Assembly: GCA_963696625.1 (NCBI GenBank)
Contig: CAVOKZ010000020.1
Span: 6,165 to 70,164, forward strand
Source: an uncultured Solirubrobacterales bacterium
GTDB taxonomy: Bacteria > Actinomycetota > Thermoleophilia > Solirubrobacterales > 70-9
Length of the DNA: 64,000 bases
Direction: 5' to 3'
Shown one piece after another: positions 1 to 13,545 of this stretch. The notes under the pieces are model-generated. The model had not been told where the DNA came from, made no database searches, and saw nothing but the letters and a program-made list of their open reading frames with translations. Both the position numbers and the translations under genes were made by a program. How positions within the stretch are numbered: the stretch's first letter is position 1; each line of letters begins with the position of its first letter.

Positions 1-1090
1 AGCTTCTCCGAGATCGAGGCCGCCAACCCCGACCCCGGCGAGGAAGCCGAGCTCGCCGCCGCGCGCGAGACGCTGCGTCACGCCGAAGGGCTGCGCACGG
101 CGGCAGCCGAGGCGGCCGGCGCGGCATCGGGCGCCGACAACGACGGCGGCGGCGCGGTCGGGTCGCTCGGCGGCGCCGAGTCGGCGCTGGCGGCGGTCGG
201 CGGGGTGGACGAGCGCCTCGACGCCCTCGCCGAGCGCACCCGCGCGGCCGCCGTCGAGCTCACCGATCTCGCCGCCGAGCTGCGCGCCTACGCCGAGTCG
301 GTCGACGCCGAGCCCGGCCGTCTGCAGGAGGTCGAGGAGCGCCTCGAGGCGATCGACCGGCTCAAGCGAAAGCACGGCGGCACGGTCGAGAGCGTGCTCG
401 AGCACGCCGAGCGCTGCCGCGCCGAGATCGCGCGCATCGAGGGCGCCGACGAGCGCGGCACCGAGCTCGAGGCGGCGCTCGAAGCGGCGTCGGCGCGCCG
501 CGCCGAGCTGGCCGCCGAGCTGACCTCCGCGCGCGAGGCCGCCGCGGGGGAGCTCTCCGCCCGGGTCGCCGCCGAGCTCGAGGCGCTGGCGATGAGCGGC
601 GCCAAGCTCGAGGTCGTGCTCGAGCCGCATCCGGACGGCTACTCGGCCGCGGGCGCCGAGACGGTCGAGCTGCGGCTGGCGACCAATCCGGGGATGCCGG
701 TCTCGCCGCTGCGCGACGCCGCGTCGGGGGGCGAAGCTCTCGCGCGTGATGCTGGCGCTGGCGGGACAGGCGGGGCGCGCCGAGGCGAGCTTCGTCTTCG
801 ACGAGATCGACGCCGGAATCGGCGGCAAGGCCGCGCGGGCGGTCGGCGAGCGACTGCGCTCGCTCGGCGACCACGGCCAGGTGCTCTGCATCACGCACCT
901 TCCACAGGTCGCCTCGCTGGCCGCGACCCACTTCCGGATCACCAAGACGGTGCGCAAGGGCGAGTCGCTCGCGAGCGTCGAGTGCGTCGAGGGCGAGGAG
1001 AAGGTTGCCGAGATCACCCGCATGCTCGGCGCCGACCGCTCGGACGACGCGGCGACGCGCCACGCGCGCGATCTGCTCGAAGCGGCCTGA
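1..1090 (+). CDS. recN: DNA repair protein RecN, 5'-truncated by window edge; frame broken by an apparent 1-nt insertion near 736
   Basis: Frame 1 from nt 1 reads SFSEIEAANPDPGEEAELAAARETL... through coiled-coil to ...RDAASGGE. The canonical continuation LSRVMLALAGQ...FDEIDAGIGG...ITHLPQVA runs in frame 2 after an extra g at ~736 and ends TGA 1088-1090. Synteny with steA/pyrG/xerD supports the call. Confidence 0.88.
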
Positions 1091-1180
1091 GGCCGATAAG
1101 CAAGGGCCACCACACGGAGAGCCCGCCCCAGCCCCCGGACGCGAAGCGGAGGAGGTGCCGGTTGACGGCGAAGCCGTGTG
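1091..1180 (+). repeat. REP-like intergenic element, copy 1 (GGCCGATAAG...CCCCGGACGCGAAGCGGAGGAGG...GGTT)
   Basis: Alignable by eye with 9468-9545 (reverse), 11045-11100 (partial) and 12802-12880. Starts immediately after the recN stop. Confidence 0.7.
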
Positions 1181-1191
1181 ACAATCTCGTA

Positions 1192-2374
1192 ATGGCGACG
1201 ACCACCGGCGGCCGGCTGACGCGCGCGCTTCGGCCTGTTCGCAGCGGGCGCGGCAACGGCGCCGGGCCGATCGAGGGACCGGTGCGGCTCGGCCGCAAGA
1301 CCAAGGACCTCGTCAAGCAGCTCCAGCCCGGGGAGATCGCGGTCATCGACCACCTCAACCTCGACCGGATCGCGGCGGAGGAGCTCGCGGCGAGCGAAGC
1401 CCGTGCGGTGATCAACACCTCCGAGTCGACCGACGGGACCTATCCCAACGCCGGGCCGCTGACGCTCGTCCGCGCGGGCGTTCCTCTCATGGACCTCACG
1501 GGGGCCGACCTCTTCGAGCGGCTCTCGGACGGCGACGTGGTCACGATCGACAGGGGCGAGGTGCGCGCCGACGGCAAGAGCCTCGGCGAGGGCCGGCTGC
1601 TCGAGGCCGACGAGCTCGCCGGGGAGCTGGACGCGCAGCGGCGCCGCATCGACCGCGCCCTCCACGACTTCACCGAGAACACGATGGCCCACATCCGCGA
1701 GGAGGGCGAGCTGCTCTCGGGGACGATCGACCTCCCCGACACGCAGACGAGCTTCCGGGACCGCCACGTGCTGATCGTCGTCCGCGGGCCCGACCACGTC
1801 CACGACCTGCGCGCGCTGCGGGCCTACATCGGCGACGTGCGGCCGATCATCGTCGCCGTCGACGGCGGCGTCCACGCCGTGCTCAACGAGGGGCTGAAAC
1901 CCGACGTCGTGCTCGGCGACATGGACTCCGCGAGCGCCGAGGCTCTGCGCTGCGGCGCCGAGCTGATCGTCCACGCCTACCCCGACGGCACCGCTCCCGG
2001 CTCGGCGCGCCTCGACGAGCTCGGGCTCGAGCACACCGTGATCCCGGCAGCCGGGACGAGCGAGGACGTCGCGATGCTGCTCGCATTCGAGAAGGGCGCC
2101 TCGCTGATCGTCTCGGTCGGCGCCCACTTCAACCTCGTCGAGTTCCTCGACAAGCAGCGAAGCGGGATGTCGTCGACGTTCCTGACCCGGCTGCGGATCG
2201 GCGAGATCCTCGTCGACGCCAAGGGCGTGAGCCGGCTCTACAACCCCGGCCTCAGCCTCTCGAGCATGGGTCTGTTCGCGGCCGCCTTCGCGGTGCTGCT
2301 GGTGATCGTCGTCGTGACCACCCCCGCCCTGGGCGATTTCTTCGACCTGCTCTGGCTGAAGATCAAGATCCTCC

Positions 2375-2385
<11 letters not shown>
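1192..2385 (+). CDS. steA: putative cytokinetic ring protein SteA (thiamine pyrophosphokinase-like domain plus C-terminal TM)
   Basis: ATG 1192; MATTTGGRLTRAL...KDLVKQLQPGEIAVIDHLNLDR...VVLGDMDS...AAGTSEDVAMLLA. Position between recN and the mctB-like gene matches actinobacterial order. The upstream part of the 726-aa ORF is out-of-frame recN read-through. Confidence 0.85.
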
Positions 2386-5790
<3,405 letters not shown>

Positions 5791-5815
5791 CCGCGGCCAG
5801 AGATAATCCGGCGCC

Positions 5816-6922
5816 GTGAGCGACGAGCGCCTCTTCGACCGCTTCAAGCGGCTCTGCGAGATCGCGAGCCCGACCGGGTCCGAGCGCGCCGTCGCCGACG
5901 CGGTGATCGCCGAGCTGCGCGAGCTCGGCGCCGAGGTGGTCGAGGACGACAAGGCGGAGGCCGCGCAGGCCGGCGCCGGCAACCTCGTCGCGCGGCGGCC
6001 GGGCACGAGCGATGGCTGGGTGATGTTCTCCGGGCACCTCGACACGGTTCCTCACGAGGGGGGTATCGAGGTCGAGCTCGCCGACGGGACCTTCCGCTCC
6101 AAGGGAGACACGATCCTCGGGGCCGACAACAAGGCCGCGGTCGCCGTGCTGCTCGAGCTGGTTGCGCGGCACTCCGAGAAACCGCCCCCCGTGGGGATCG
6201 AGCTGCTGCTCACCGTCGCCGAGGAGGACGGGCTGCGCGGGGCGAGCGCCTTCGACATGTCTCAGCTCCGCGCGCCCTTCGGCTACGTCCTCGACCACGC
6301 GAGCCCGATCGGCGAGGTGATCGTCGCGGCGCCGACCTACAAGCGGCTCGAGGTCACCTTCGAGGGGACCGAGGCGCACTCGGGGATCAACCCCGAGGAC
6401 GGCCACAGCGCGATCGCCGCCGCGGCGGCGGCGATCACCGGCATGGAGCTGGGCCGGCTCGACGAGGAGACGACCGCGAACGTCGGCGTGATCGAGGGCG
6501 GCTCGGCCTCGAACATCGTCGCCGGCAGCTGTCACATCTCCGCCGAGGCGCGCAGCATCGACCCGGCCAAGGCGGCGGAGCGGATCGGCAAGATGGTCGA
6601 CGCCTGCACCTGGGCGGCGGGTGAGCACCACTGCGACGTCGACGCCGAGGTGATCGAGATGTTCCGTGGCTACACGATGCCCAAGGACTCAGGGCCCGTC
6701 GCGCTAGCCGAGAAGGCGCTCGAGCGCTGCGGGCACAATGTCAGCCGCGTCGCCACCGGCGGCGGCAGCGACGCCAACGCATTCCTGGCCTCGGGCTACG
6801 ACGCGGTGCTGCTCGCCAACGGCACCTACGCGAACCACACGCCCGAGGAGAACGTCCCCGCCGCCAACCTGACGTCGATGGTCGAGGTCTGCGAGCAGAT
6901 CCTGGCCGGGGCCGCTGAATGA
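5816..6922 (+). CDS. M20-family metallopeptidase (peptidase T-like)
   Basis: FSGHLDTVPH, LGADNKAAVAVLLE, TVAEEDGLRGA, EAHSGINPEDG motifs typical of M20/PepT-like enzymes. Confidence 0.85.
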   Translation: MSDERLFDRFKRLCEIASPTGSERAVADAVIAELRELGAEVVEDDKAEAAQAGAGNLVARRPGTSDGWVMFSGHLDTVPHEGGIEVELADGTFRSKGDTILGADNKAAVAVLLELVARHSEKPPPVGIELLLTVAEEDGLRGASAFDMSQLRAPFGYVLDHASPIGEVIVAAPTYKRLEVTFEGTEAHSGINPEDGHSAIAAAAAAITGMELGRLDEETTANVGVIEGGSASNIVAGSCHISAEARSIDPAKAAERIGKMVDACTWAAGEHHCDVDAEVIEMFRGYTMPKDSGPVALAEKALERCGHNVSRVATGGGSDANAFLASGYDAVLLANGTYANHTPEENVPAANLTSMVEVCEQILAGAAE

Positions 6923-7938
6923 GGCTCAGCCTGCGGCGCGGGCTGGTCGTGGCGACCGACCCGCTGACGGTCCGGGTCGGGGAGGAGGAGCGGCGCGCCT
7001 GGGCCGACGAGGCGATGGTCGGGCCGGTCGAGCTCGGCGACGTGGTCGTCGTCAACACCGCCGCGGTCGACCTCGAGCTCGGCTCCGGCGGCTTCGACGT
7101 CGTCCACGTCAACCTGACCCGCGGGCTCGAGGGGGGCGAGGACCCCGGCGATCACGTGATCAAGCTCAACTACACCTCGCTCCAGCACCCCGTCGCCCCG
7201 GTCGAGCAGGGCCAGGACGAGGGCGACTGGCGACCCGAGCGGCGCCCGCCGGTGCTCGTCTGCTTCCTCCACGGCCAGCTCGCGCCGGCGGTGTGGGCCG
7301 CAGCGCAGGGGCCGCCGGGGTTGAAGCTCGGTTACGTTCAGACTCCGGGCGGGGCCCTGCCGGGCGGGCTCTCGCGCGACGTCGCCGATCTGCGCGACCG
7401 AGGCCTGCTCGCCGAGCACGTGACCGCCGGGCCCTGCCACGGCGGCGAGCGCGAGGCGATCAGCGTCGTGGGCGCGCTGCACGCGGCGGCGGCGACCCTC
7501 GGCTGGGACGCCGCGATCGCCGCGCCGGGTCCGGGGATCCTCGGCTCGGCGACGCGCTACGGCCACGGGGGCATGGCGGCGCTCGACACGGCGCACGCGG
7601 CTCTCTCGCTCGGGCTGCCGACCGCGATCGCGCCGCGCCTCTCCGCGGGCGACCCGCGCCCGCGCCACCGCGGCGTCAGCCACCACACCGAGGCGATTCT
7701 GCGGCTGCTGCTGGCGCCGGTCACGGTCGCTTCCCCGGAGGGGATCGAATCGGCCGCGGGGCTCGCCCAGGTTTGCGGCGACCGCCACGAGGTACAAAGC
7801 GAGGCCGTGGATCTCGACGGATACAAGGCGAGCGGCCTGCCGGTGAAGACGATGGGCCGCGAGATCTCCGAGGACCCCGACTTCTTCGCGGGGGCCCTCG
7901 CCGGCGGCGCTCTGCTCGCGGAGCTGGCGAGGGCGTGA
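6919..7938 (+). CDS. conserved hypothetical protein (possibly DUF3866 family)
   Basis: 339-aa ORF, start overlaps the upstream stop and end overlaps the NUDIX start (operonic). Family assignment is from memory only. Confidence 0.6.
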   Translation: MRLSLRRGLVVATDPLTVRVGEEERRAWADEAMVGPVELGDVVVVNTAAVDLELGSGGFDVVHVNLTRGLEGGEDPGDHVIKLNYTSLQHPVAPVEQGQDEGDWRPERRPPVLVCFLHGQLAPAVWAAAQGPPGLKLGYVQTPGGALPGGLSRDVADLRDRGLLAEHVTAGPCHGGEREAISVVGALHAAAATLGWDAAIAAPGPGILGSATRYGHGGMAALDTAHAALSLGLPTAIAPRLSAGDPRPRHRGVSHHTEAILRLLLAPVTVASPEGIESAAGLAQVCGDRHEVQSEAVDLDGYKASGLPVKTMGREISEDPDFFAGALAGGALLAELARA

Positions 7939-8459
7939 TGGAGCGGGTCGGCGGCCAGCTCGTCTACCGCGGCCCGGCGGCCTCGGTGCGGATGGACATG
8001 TTCGAGTACGCCGACGGCGACACCGCCGAGCGCCAGATCGTCGTCGTCCCGGACTCGGTGACGATCGTCGCCCACGACGGCGTCACCCTCTTCCTCGTCG
8101 CCCAGCCGCGCGAGGCCGTGGGGGAGGAGGCGCTGCTCGAGCTGCCCGCGGGCAAGATCGACGAGGGCGAGTCGCCGCTCGAGGCCGCCAGGCGCGAGCT
8201 GGTCGAGGAGGTCGGCAAGGAGGCGTCTGATTGGCGGAAGCTGAAGTCGGCTTACCTCACTCCCGGCTACTCGAGCGAGGAGGCGACGATCTTCCTCGCC
8301 ACCGGCCTGCGCGACGTTCCCGCGGAGGGCGGGGATGAGGACCGGCTCGAGGTGGTCGAGCGGCCGCTGGCCGAGCTCGACGCGGTGATCTCCGAGTGCC
8401 GGGACGCCTCCTCGCTGCTCGGCATGCTGCTGCTGAGGGAGAACTTGCGCGGGGGGTAG
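7938..8459 (+). CDS. NUDIX hydrolase (ADP-ribose pyrophosphatase-like)
   Basis: Nudix box GKIDEGESPLEAARRELVEEVG; sits between pyrG and xerD as Rv1700 does. Confidence 0.9.
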   Translation: MERVGGQLVYRGPAASVRMDMFEYADGDTAERQIVVVPDSVTIVAHDGVTLFLVAQPREAVGEEALLELPAGKIDEGESPLEAARRELVEEVGKEASDWRKLKSAYLTPGYSSEEATIFLATGLRDVPAEGGDEDRLEVVERPLAELDAVISECRDASSLLGMLLLRENLRGG

Positions 8460-8498
8460 GCGGGCAGGGCCGCAGGCCCGCGCGGGGAAGTTCTCGTC

Positions 8499-9467
8499 GT
8501 GGAGCCGACGGCCACCCCACAGCGGGAGAAGACCGAGGTTCGCCCCTCGCCGGCTTTCGAGGCGCTGGTCCTCGACTTCCTCGCACACCTCGAGTTCGAG
8601 CGCGGCCTCTCGCGCAACACGCTCACGGCCTACCGCACCGACCTGCTCCAGTTCGGCGTCTTTCTCGCCGGGTCCAAGCTCGAGGCGACCGACGCCGCCG
8701 GCTCAGACCTCTCCGACTTCCTCGCCGGGCTCGCGCGCGGCGACGGCAACGGCCACCCCGCCTGCTCGGCCGCGACGGTTAATCGCAAGGCGGCGTGCCT
8801 GCGTTCGTTCTATCGCCACCTGCGCCGCGAGGAGATCGTCGATGACGATCCGACCGCGGCGCTCGCCGCGCCTCGCCGGGGCAAGAAGCTCCCGCACGTC
8901 CTGAGCCAGTCCGAGGTCCAGCACCTGCTCGCCCAGCCGCGCGGGGACGAGCCCGCCACGATCCGCGACCGGGCGATCCTCGAGCTGATGTACGCGTGCG
9001 GGCTGCGCGCCTCGGAGACGATCGGGCTCGACGTCGGCGACGTCGACATCAAGAACGGTGCTCTGCGGGCCCGCGGCAAGGGCTCCAAGGAGCGCGTCGT
9101 GCCGCTCGGCGGCAAGGCCGCGACGGCGCTCTCCGCATACCTGCGCGGTGCGCGCCCGAAGCTCGTCCACTCCGCCGGCGAGAACAGGCTGTTCGTCAAC
9201 TTCCGCGGCGGGCCGCTGACCCGCCAGGGGCTCTACAAGATCGTCCAGCGCCACGCCCGCAGCGCCGGGCTCGCCGACCGGATGAGCCCGCACACGCTGC
9301 GGCATTCGTTTGCGACCCACCTGCTCGCGGGGGGCTGCGATCTGCGCTCGGTCCAGGAGATGCTCGGCCACGCAGACGTCTCGACGACGCAGCTCTACAC
9401 CCATCTCTCCGGCGAAGACCTGAAGCGCGCCTACTTCGACGCCCATCCTCGCGCGCACGCGAGATAA
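8499..9467 (+). CDS. xerD: site-specific tyrosine recombinase XerD
   Basis: LSRNTLTAYRTDLLQF..., ELMYACGLRASE, HTLRHSFATHLL, LGHADVSTTQLYTH catalytic motifs; synteny. Confidence 0.9.
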   Translation: MEPTATPQREKTEVRPSPAFEALVLDFLAHLEFERGLSRNTLTAYRTDLLQFGVFLAGSKLEATDAAGSDLSDFLAGLARGDGNGHPACSAATVNRKAACLRSFYRHLRREEIVDDDPTAALAAPRRGKKLPHVLSQSEVQHLLAQPRGDEPATIRDRAILELMYACGLRASETIGLDVGDVDIKNGALRARGKGSKERVVPLGGKAATALSAYLRGARPKLVHSAGENRLFVNFRGGPLTRQGLYKIVQRHARSAGLADRMSPHTLRHSFATHLLAGGCDLRSVQEMLGHADVSTTQLYTHLSGEDLKRAYFDAHPRAHAR

Positions 9468-9545
9468 ACCGCAGCCCTCCTGCGCTTCGCCTCGGGGGCC
9501 GCGGGCAAGGCTCTCCCTGAATGGCCGTTATCGGCCGGTAGGTTC
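9468..9545 (-). repeat. REP-like intergenic element, copy 2 (reverse orientation)
   Basis: Reverse complement reads GGCCGATAACGGCCATTCAGGGAGAGCC...CCCCGAGGCGAAGCGCAGGAGGGCTGCGGTTTA; its end includes the xerD TAA. Confidence 0.7.
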
Positions 9546-9550
9546 AAGGA

Positions 9551-10213
9551 ATGCCCCGCCCCGACATTGCGACCGCGATCCTCTGCTGCTGCCTCGGCCT
9601 CGCCGCCTGCGGCAGCGAACGCCCCGAGCCGCCGAAGCTCGACGAGACCGCGGTTCCGGGCAAGGTCACGCCCTACTCGGACCCCACGGGCGACGTCACC
9701 TTCTCCTACCCCGACAACTGGGCGGTCCAGCCGCGCGATCCGCCCGGCGTGGCGACCGTGGCGACCGGCGGCGCCTCGGCCACGTTCTGGGCCTACCGCT
9801 CGGTGTCGTTGGTCAGCGATCTCGCGACCGCGGAGCAGGCGCTGAAGCGCTTCCTGGTCTCGCTCAAGGAGCGGGATCCAGGGTTCGAGGTGACCAAGAC
9901 CGACGTGACCCTGGTCTTCGAGAGGCCCGCCTTCGTGGTCGAGGGCACGACCGAGATCCAGGGACGGCCGACCCGGATCCGCAGCGTCCATGCCTTCAAC
10001 GGCGTCGGCGAGTACGTGCTCGACGCGTTCGCCGACCCCGACAAGTTCGACGAGGTCAACATCACCGTGTTCGGGCCGATGCTCGCCAGCTGGAAGTTCT
10101 TCGGCAAGTTGGCGGCGGCGCAGGAGGGGGAGGCGACGACGCCCACGTCTCCGACGGCCCCGACGGCCCCGACGACACCGACGACACCGACGACACCGAC
10201 GACACCGGACTGA
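9551..10213 (+). CDS. lipoprotein with C-terminal Pro/Thr repeat
   Basis: Lipobox LGLAAC after a positively charged N-terminus; C-terminal TTPTSPTAPTAPTTPTTPTTPTTPD. Confidence 0.75.
   Translation: MPRPDIATAILCCCLGLAACGSERPEPPKLDETAVPGKVTPYSDPTGDVTFSYPDNWAVQPRDPPGVATVATGGASATFWAYRSVSLVSDLATAEQALKRFLVSLKERDPGFEVTKTDVTLVFERPAFVVEGTTEIQGRPTRIRSVHAFNGVGEYVLDAFADPDKFDEVNITVFGPMLASWKFFGKLAAAQEGEATTPTSPTAPTAPTTPTTPTTPTTPD
10151..10207 (+). repeat. 9-nt coding tandem repeat (CCGACGGCC x2, CCGACGACA x4)
   Basis: Direct reading of the sequence; encodes the PTA/PTT repeats at the lipoprotein C-terminus. Confidence 0.85.
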
Positions 10214-11085
10214 TGCCCGAGCTGCCCGAGGTCGAGACGATTCGCCGTCAGCTCGAGCCCGAGATCGTCGGGCGCACGATCGAGCGGATGGAGGTCTTCG
10301 ACGAGCTGTTCGGCCGCCCGAAGACGCCGCGGGCGCTCGAGAAGGCGGTGTCGGGCCGCAGGATCGAGGAGTTTCGCCGGCGCGGCAAGTACATGCTGCT
10401 CGACCTCTCCGGCGGCGTCACCCTGATCCTCCACCTGCGTATGACCGGCAACCTCCAGCTCGCCCCGGCGGAGCCCGAGCCGCGCTTCCTGCGCGCGCTG
10501 ATCCGCCTCGACGGCGGCCAGACCCTGACCTGGACCGACGCACGCCGCTTCGGCCACGGCGAGGTGGTGCCCACCGATCAGATCGATGAGCGCTTCGCCG
10601 GGCGGGTGGGGGTCGAGCCGCTCTCTGAGGACTTCACCACCGATCTGCTGCTCGAGCTCGCCGCCGGGCGAACGGCGCCGCTGAAGTCCTTCCTGCTCGC
10701 CCAGGAGCGGATCGCCGGCATCGGGAATATCTACGCCGACGAGGCGCTCTGGCGGGCCGAGCTCCACCCGCTCTCGCCGGCGGGGTCGATGAAGCGCGAG
10801 CACGCCGAGGCGCTGCGCGAGGGGATCGTCGAGGCGCTCGAGGCCGGTCTCGACAACGGAGGCGCCTCGATCGACGATTACCTCGACGCCCGCGGGGAGC
10901 GGGGCTCGATGCAGGACGAGTTCCTCATTCACCGTCGCGAGGGCGAGGAGTGCCTGCGCGGCGACGGCACGATCGAGCGCACCGTCGTCTCCGGGCGCTC
11001 GACCTACTACTGCCCCGGCTGTCAGGTGCGGCTGCGCAAGCGACCCCGCCGGTCCCGGACGCGAAGCGGAGGAACCGGCGGTTAA
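10213..11085 (+). CDS. mutM: formamidopyrimidine-DNA glycosylase
   Basis: MPELPEVETIRRQL N-terminus, H2TH region, C-terminal zinc finger YYCPGCQ. Confidence 0.93.
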   Translation: MPELPEVETIRRQLEPEIVGRTIERMEVFDELFGRPKTPRALEKAVSGRRIEEFRRRGKYMLLDLSGGVTLILHLRMTGNLQLAPAEPEPRFLRALIRLDGGQTLTWTDARRFGHGEVVPTDQIDERFAGRVGVEPLSEDFTTDLLLELAAGRTAPLKSFLLAQERIAGIGNIYADEALWRAELHPLSPAGSMKREHAEALREGIVEALEAGLDNGGASIDDYLDARGERGSMQDEFLIHRREGEECLRGDGTIERTVVSGRSTYYCPGCQVRLRKRPRRSRTRSGGTGG

Positions 11086-11100
11086 TGGCGAAGCCGCGCC
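11045..11100 (+). repeat. REP-like element, partial copy 3, overlapping the mutM 3' end and the next gene's start
   Basis: CCCGGACGCGAAGCGGAGGAACCGGCGGTTAATGGCGAAGCC matches the core of copies 1 and 4. TAATG provides the mutM stop and the downstream start. Confidence 0.6.
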
Positions 11101-12023
11101 TCCCAACCGGTTTCGCGGTCGGCCACTGGAGCGACCCAGTGGGGATGACCGGCTGTTCGGTCGTCCTCCCGCCCCCTGGCTCACGCGGTGGGGTCTGCGT
11201 TCAGGGCGGCGGGCCAGGCACCCGCGAGACCGACTCGCTCGGCCCGCTCGCCAACGCCGAACACGTGACCGCCGTCCTGCTCACCGGCGGCAGCGCCTAC
11301 GGCCTAGCCGCGGCCGACGGGGTGGTGCGCTGGTGCGAGGAGCATGGGCGCGGCTACGAGACCCCCGCCGGGCTGGTGCCGATCGTTCCCGGGGCCGTGA
11401 TCTACGACCTCGCCGCCGGCGATCCGAAGGCGCGGCCGGGGGCGGAAGAGGGCTACGCGGCCGCCGCCGGCGCGCGCGAGGGGGAGCCCGAGCGCGGAGC
11501 GGTGGGCGCCGGTGCCGGCGCCAGGGTCGGCAAGCTGCTCGGCCACGAGCGCGCCTCGCGCGGCGGGGTGGGATACGCCGCCCTGCAGACCGGCGCCGGC
11601 GAGACCGTCGCGGCGATCGCGGTCGTAAACGCCGCCGGCGACGTGATCGCCGAGGACGGCTCGGTGCTCGCCGGGATCTCGCCGCAGGACGGCGAGGCCC
11701 CGCGCAGCGCCGAGCTGATGGTCCAGATGCGCGATCTCGGACCGGCGGGGGAGCCTGAAGGGCCGCCCGGCAACTCGACCCTTGTTTGCGTCTGCACCGA
11801 CGCGCCGCTCGACAAGCGCGAGTGCGCGATCGCCGCCCGCATGGCGGTCGCCGGCATGGCCCGCGCCATCGACCCCGTCTTCACTCCCGTGGACGGCGAC
11901 GTCTCCTTCTGCGTCGCATCCGGAACCGGCCCCTCGCGCCCCTTCATCGCGATGCAGGTCGGCGTCGCCGCGGCAACCGCCACCGCTGCGGCGATCCGCG
12001 ACGCCGTCACGGCTGGATTGTAA
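11085..12023 (+). CDS. P1/S58-family peptidase (DmpA/L-aminopeptidase-like)
   Basis: ATG 11085 gives MAKPRLPTGFAVGHWSD...TGCSVVL...LLTGGSAYGLAAADGV...NSTLVCVCTDAPL, typical of the DmpA/Ntn family. Confidence 0.8.
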   Translation: MAKPRLPTGFAVGHWSDPVGMTGCSVVLPPPGSRGGVCVQGGGPGTRETDSLGPLANAEHVTAVLLTGGSAYGLAAADGVVRWCEEHGRGYETPAGLVPIVPGAVIYDLAAGDPKARPGAEEGYAAAAGAREGEPERGAVGAGAGARVGKLLGHERASRGGVGYAALQTGAGETVAAIAVVNAAGDVIAEDGSVLAGISPQDGEAPRSAELMVQMRDLGPAGEPEGPPGNSTLVCVCTDAPLDKRECAIAARMAVAGMARAIDPVFTPVDGDVSFCVASGTGPSRPFIAMQVGVAAATATAAAIRDAVTAGL

Positions 12024-12078
12024 AGGGGACCGTCCCCTTAACGGTTGTTTTGTCCGGGGGTCGAGTCAGATTTGTCAC

Positions 12079-12801
12079 ATGCCCGGCAACTTCAAGACCG
12101 AGGCGATCGTGCTGCGCTCGATTCGCTACGGCGAGGCCGATCGCATCGTCCATCTCTACACCGCCGCGCGCGGAAGGCTGGGCGCGATCGCCAAGGGCTC
12201 GCGACGCCCGAAGTCGCGCTTCGGCGGGAGGCTCGAGCCGTTCTTCCGGCTCGACCTCGTTCTGTACGAGGGGCGGAGCGAGCTGATGACCGTGACCGGG
12301 GCGGCGACCCTCGACGGCTACGGCGCGTTGCGCTCGGACGGAGCGCGGATCGGCGCCGCCGCCCGCGCCTGCGACGCGGTGCTGCGGCTGCTCGACTCGG
12401 CCGAGCCCAACCGCGCGGCCTACAACCTGCTGCGCAGCTACCTCGAACTGCTCGATGGACCGGATGGGGAGGAGGCGGCGCGGCCGGCGGTGGCGCTCGC
12501 CTTCCGCGCCAAGCTGGCGCTGGCCTCGGGTTTCGCCCCCGAGCTTGCCTCGTGCGCGCGCTGCGGCGAGGCCCAGCACCTGAGCGCCTTCTCGGGCGCC
12601 GCCGGGGGCGTGGTCTGCGCGAGCTGCGAGGGGGAGGGGTTCCCGCTCTCCGAGGAGGCGCACGCCTTCCTCGTCGGCGCCCTCGGCAGCCCGCTCGCCG
12701 ACGCGCCGGATGCGGGTGTTCCGGCCCTACGAGCGGCCGAGCGCGCGATCGGCGAGACGCTCGAACACCACGCCCACGTGAAGCTCAGGTCCGCCGCTTA
12801 G
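12079..12801 (+). CDS. recO: DNA repair protein RecO
   Basis: EAIVLRSIRYGEADRIVHLYT...; zinc-binding CARCG...CASC. Confidence 0.9.
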   Translation: MPGNFKTEAIVLRSIRYGEADRIVHLYTAARGRLGAIAKGSRRPKSRFGGRLEPFFRLDLVLYEGRSELMTVTGAATLDGYGALRSDGARIGAAARACDAVLRLLDSAEPNRAAYNLLRSYLELLDGPDGEEAARPAVALAFRAKLALASGFAPELASCARCGEAQHLSAFSGAAGGVVCASCEGEGFPLSEEAHAFLVGALGSPLADAPDAGVPALRAAERAIGETLEHHAHVKLRSAA

Positions 12802-12880
12802 GCCGATAAGGGCCATTCATGGCGAGCCCGGGACCGCCGCCCCCGGATGCGAAGCCGAGGAGGCGGCGGTTTATGGCTAG
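12802..12880 (+). repeat. REP-like intergenic element, copy 4, between convergent genes
   Basis: GGCCGATAAGGGCCATTCATGGCGAGCCCGGGACCGCCGCCCCCGGATGCGAAGCCGAGGAGGCGGCGGTTTATGGC. Arms CCGCCGCC/GGCGGCGG can pair around GCGAAGC. Confidence 0.75.
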
Positions 12881-13540
12881 GGCGCGCGGGAGACCACCGT
12901 CTGGCCGCCCTTCTTGCAGACCAGCACCTTGGCGGCCTCGAGGTCGATCGTGCAGCTCCAGCCGCCGACCCGGGTCTGGTTGTTGGCGAGCGCGGTGAGC
13001 GCCACGTTGTGTGCCTGTGTGCAGTCTGCCGGAGGGCTACCGGCGGAGCTGACCGGATAGGGCTGACCGTTGCCGATCACCGGCTCGCAGTCGCTGACGC
13101 TTCCGCCGGAGGGCTGTGTGGTGGGCGGCACGACCGGGGTCGTCGGCACCGTGGAGATCTCGGGCGGGGCTGTGTCGATGGTGGGCGTGGTCTCGGTGGC
13201 GATCGTGTCGATCGTCGAAACCGTGTCGGCGACGGTCGACGGATTGTCCTCGTCGTCGTCGCCGGTGATGAGGATCACGGCGATCACCGCGGCGACGATC
13301 GCCAGCAGCGCGGCCAGCAGGACGGGCAGTCGGCGGCGAGGGCGCGCGGGAAGCTCGCCGGCGACGGGCTCGACCGGAGTCGGCGTCGCACGCGCGGTCG
13401 GCGCCCGGTCGGGGCTTCCGGGTCGTCTTTCTCGCGGCCGGCTTCTTGGCCGCGGCCTTCTTCGGCGCCCGCTTCTTGGCCGCCGGCTTCTTCCTTGCCG
13501 CGGCCTTCTTCTTCGCAGCCGGTTTCTTCTTTGCCGCCAT
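12877..13540 (-). CDS. membrane protein with Lys/Ala-rich histone-like N-terminal tail, one TM, PT-rich linker and Cys-containing C-terminal domain; apparent 1-nt insertion
   Basis: MAAKKKPAAKKKAAARKKPAAKKRAPKKAAAKKPAARK... (frame a) must join ...RRRLPVLLAALLAIVAAVIAVILITGDDDEDN...CEPVIGNG...CTQAH...WSCTIDLEAAKVLVCKKGG (frame b). Length 664 = 3n+1; the shift lies somewhere in 13300-13420. Confidence 0.6.
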
Positions 13541-13545
13541 AAGCT

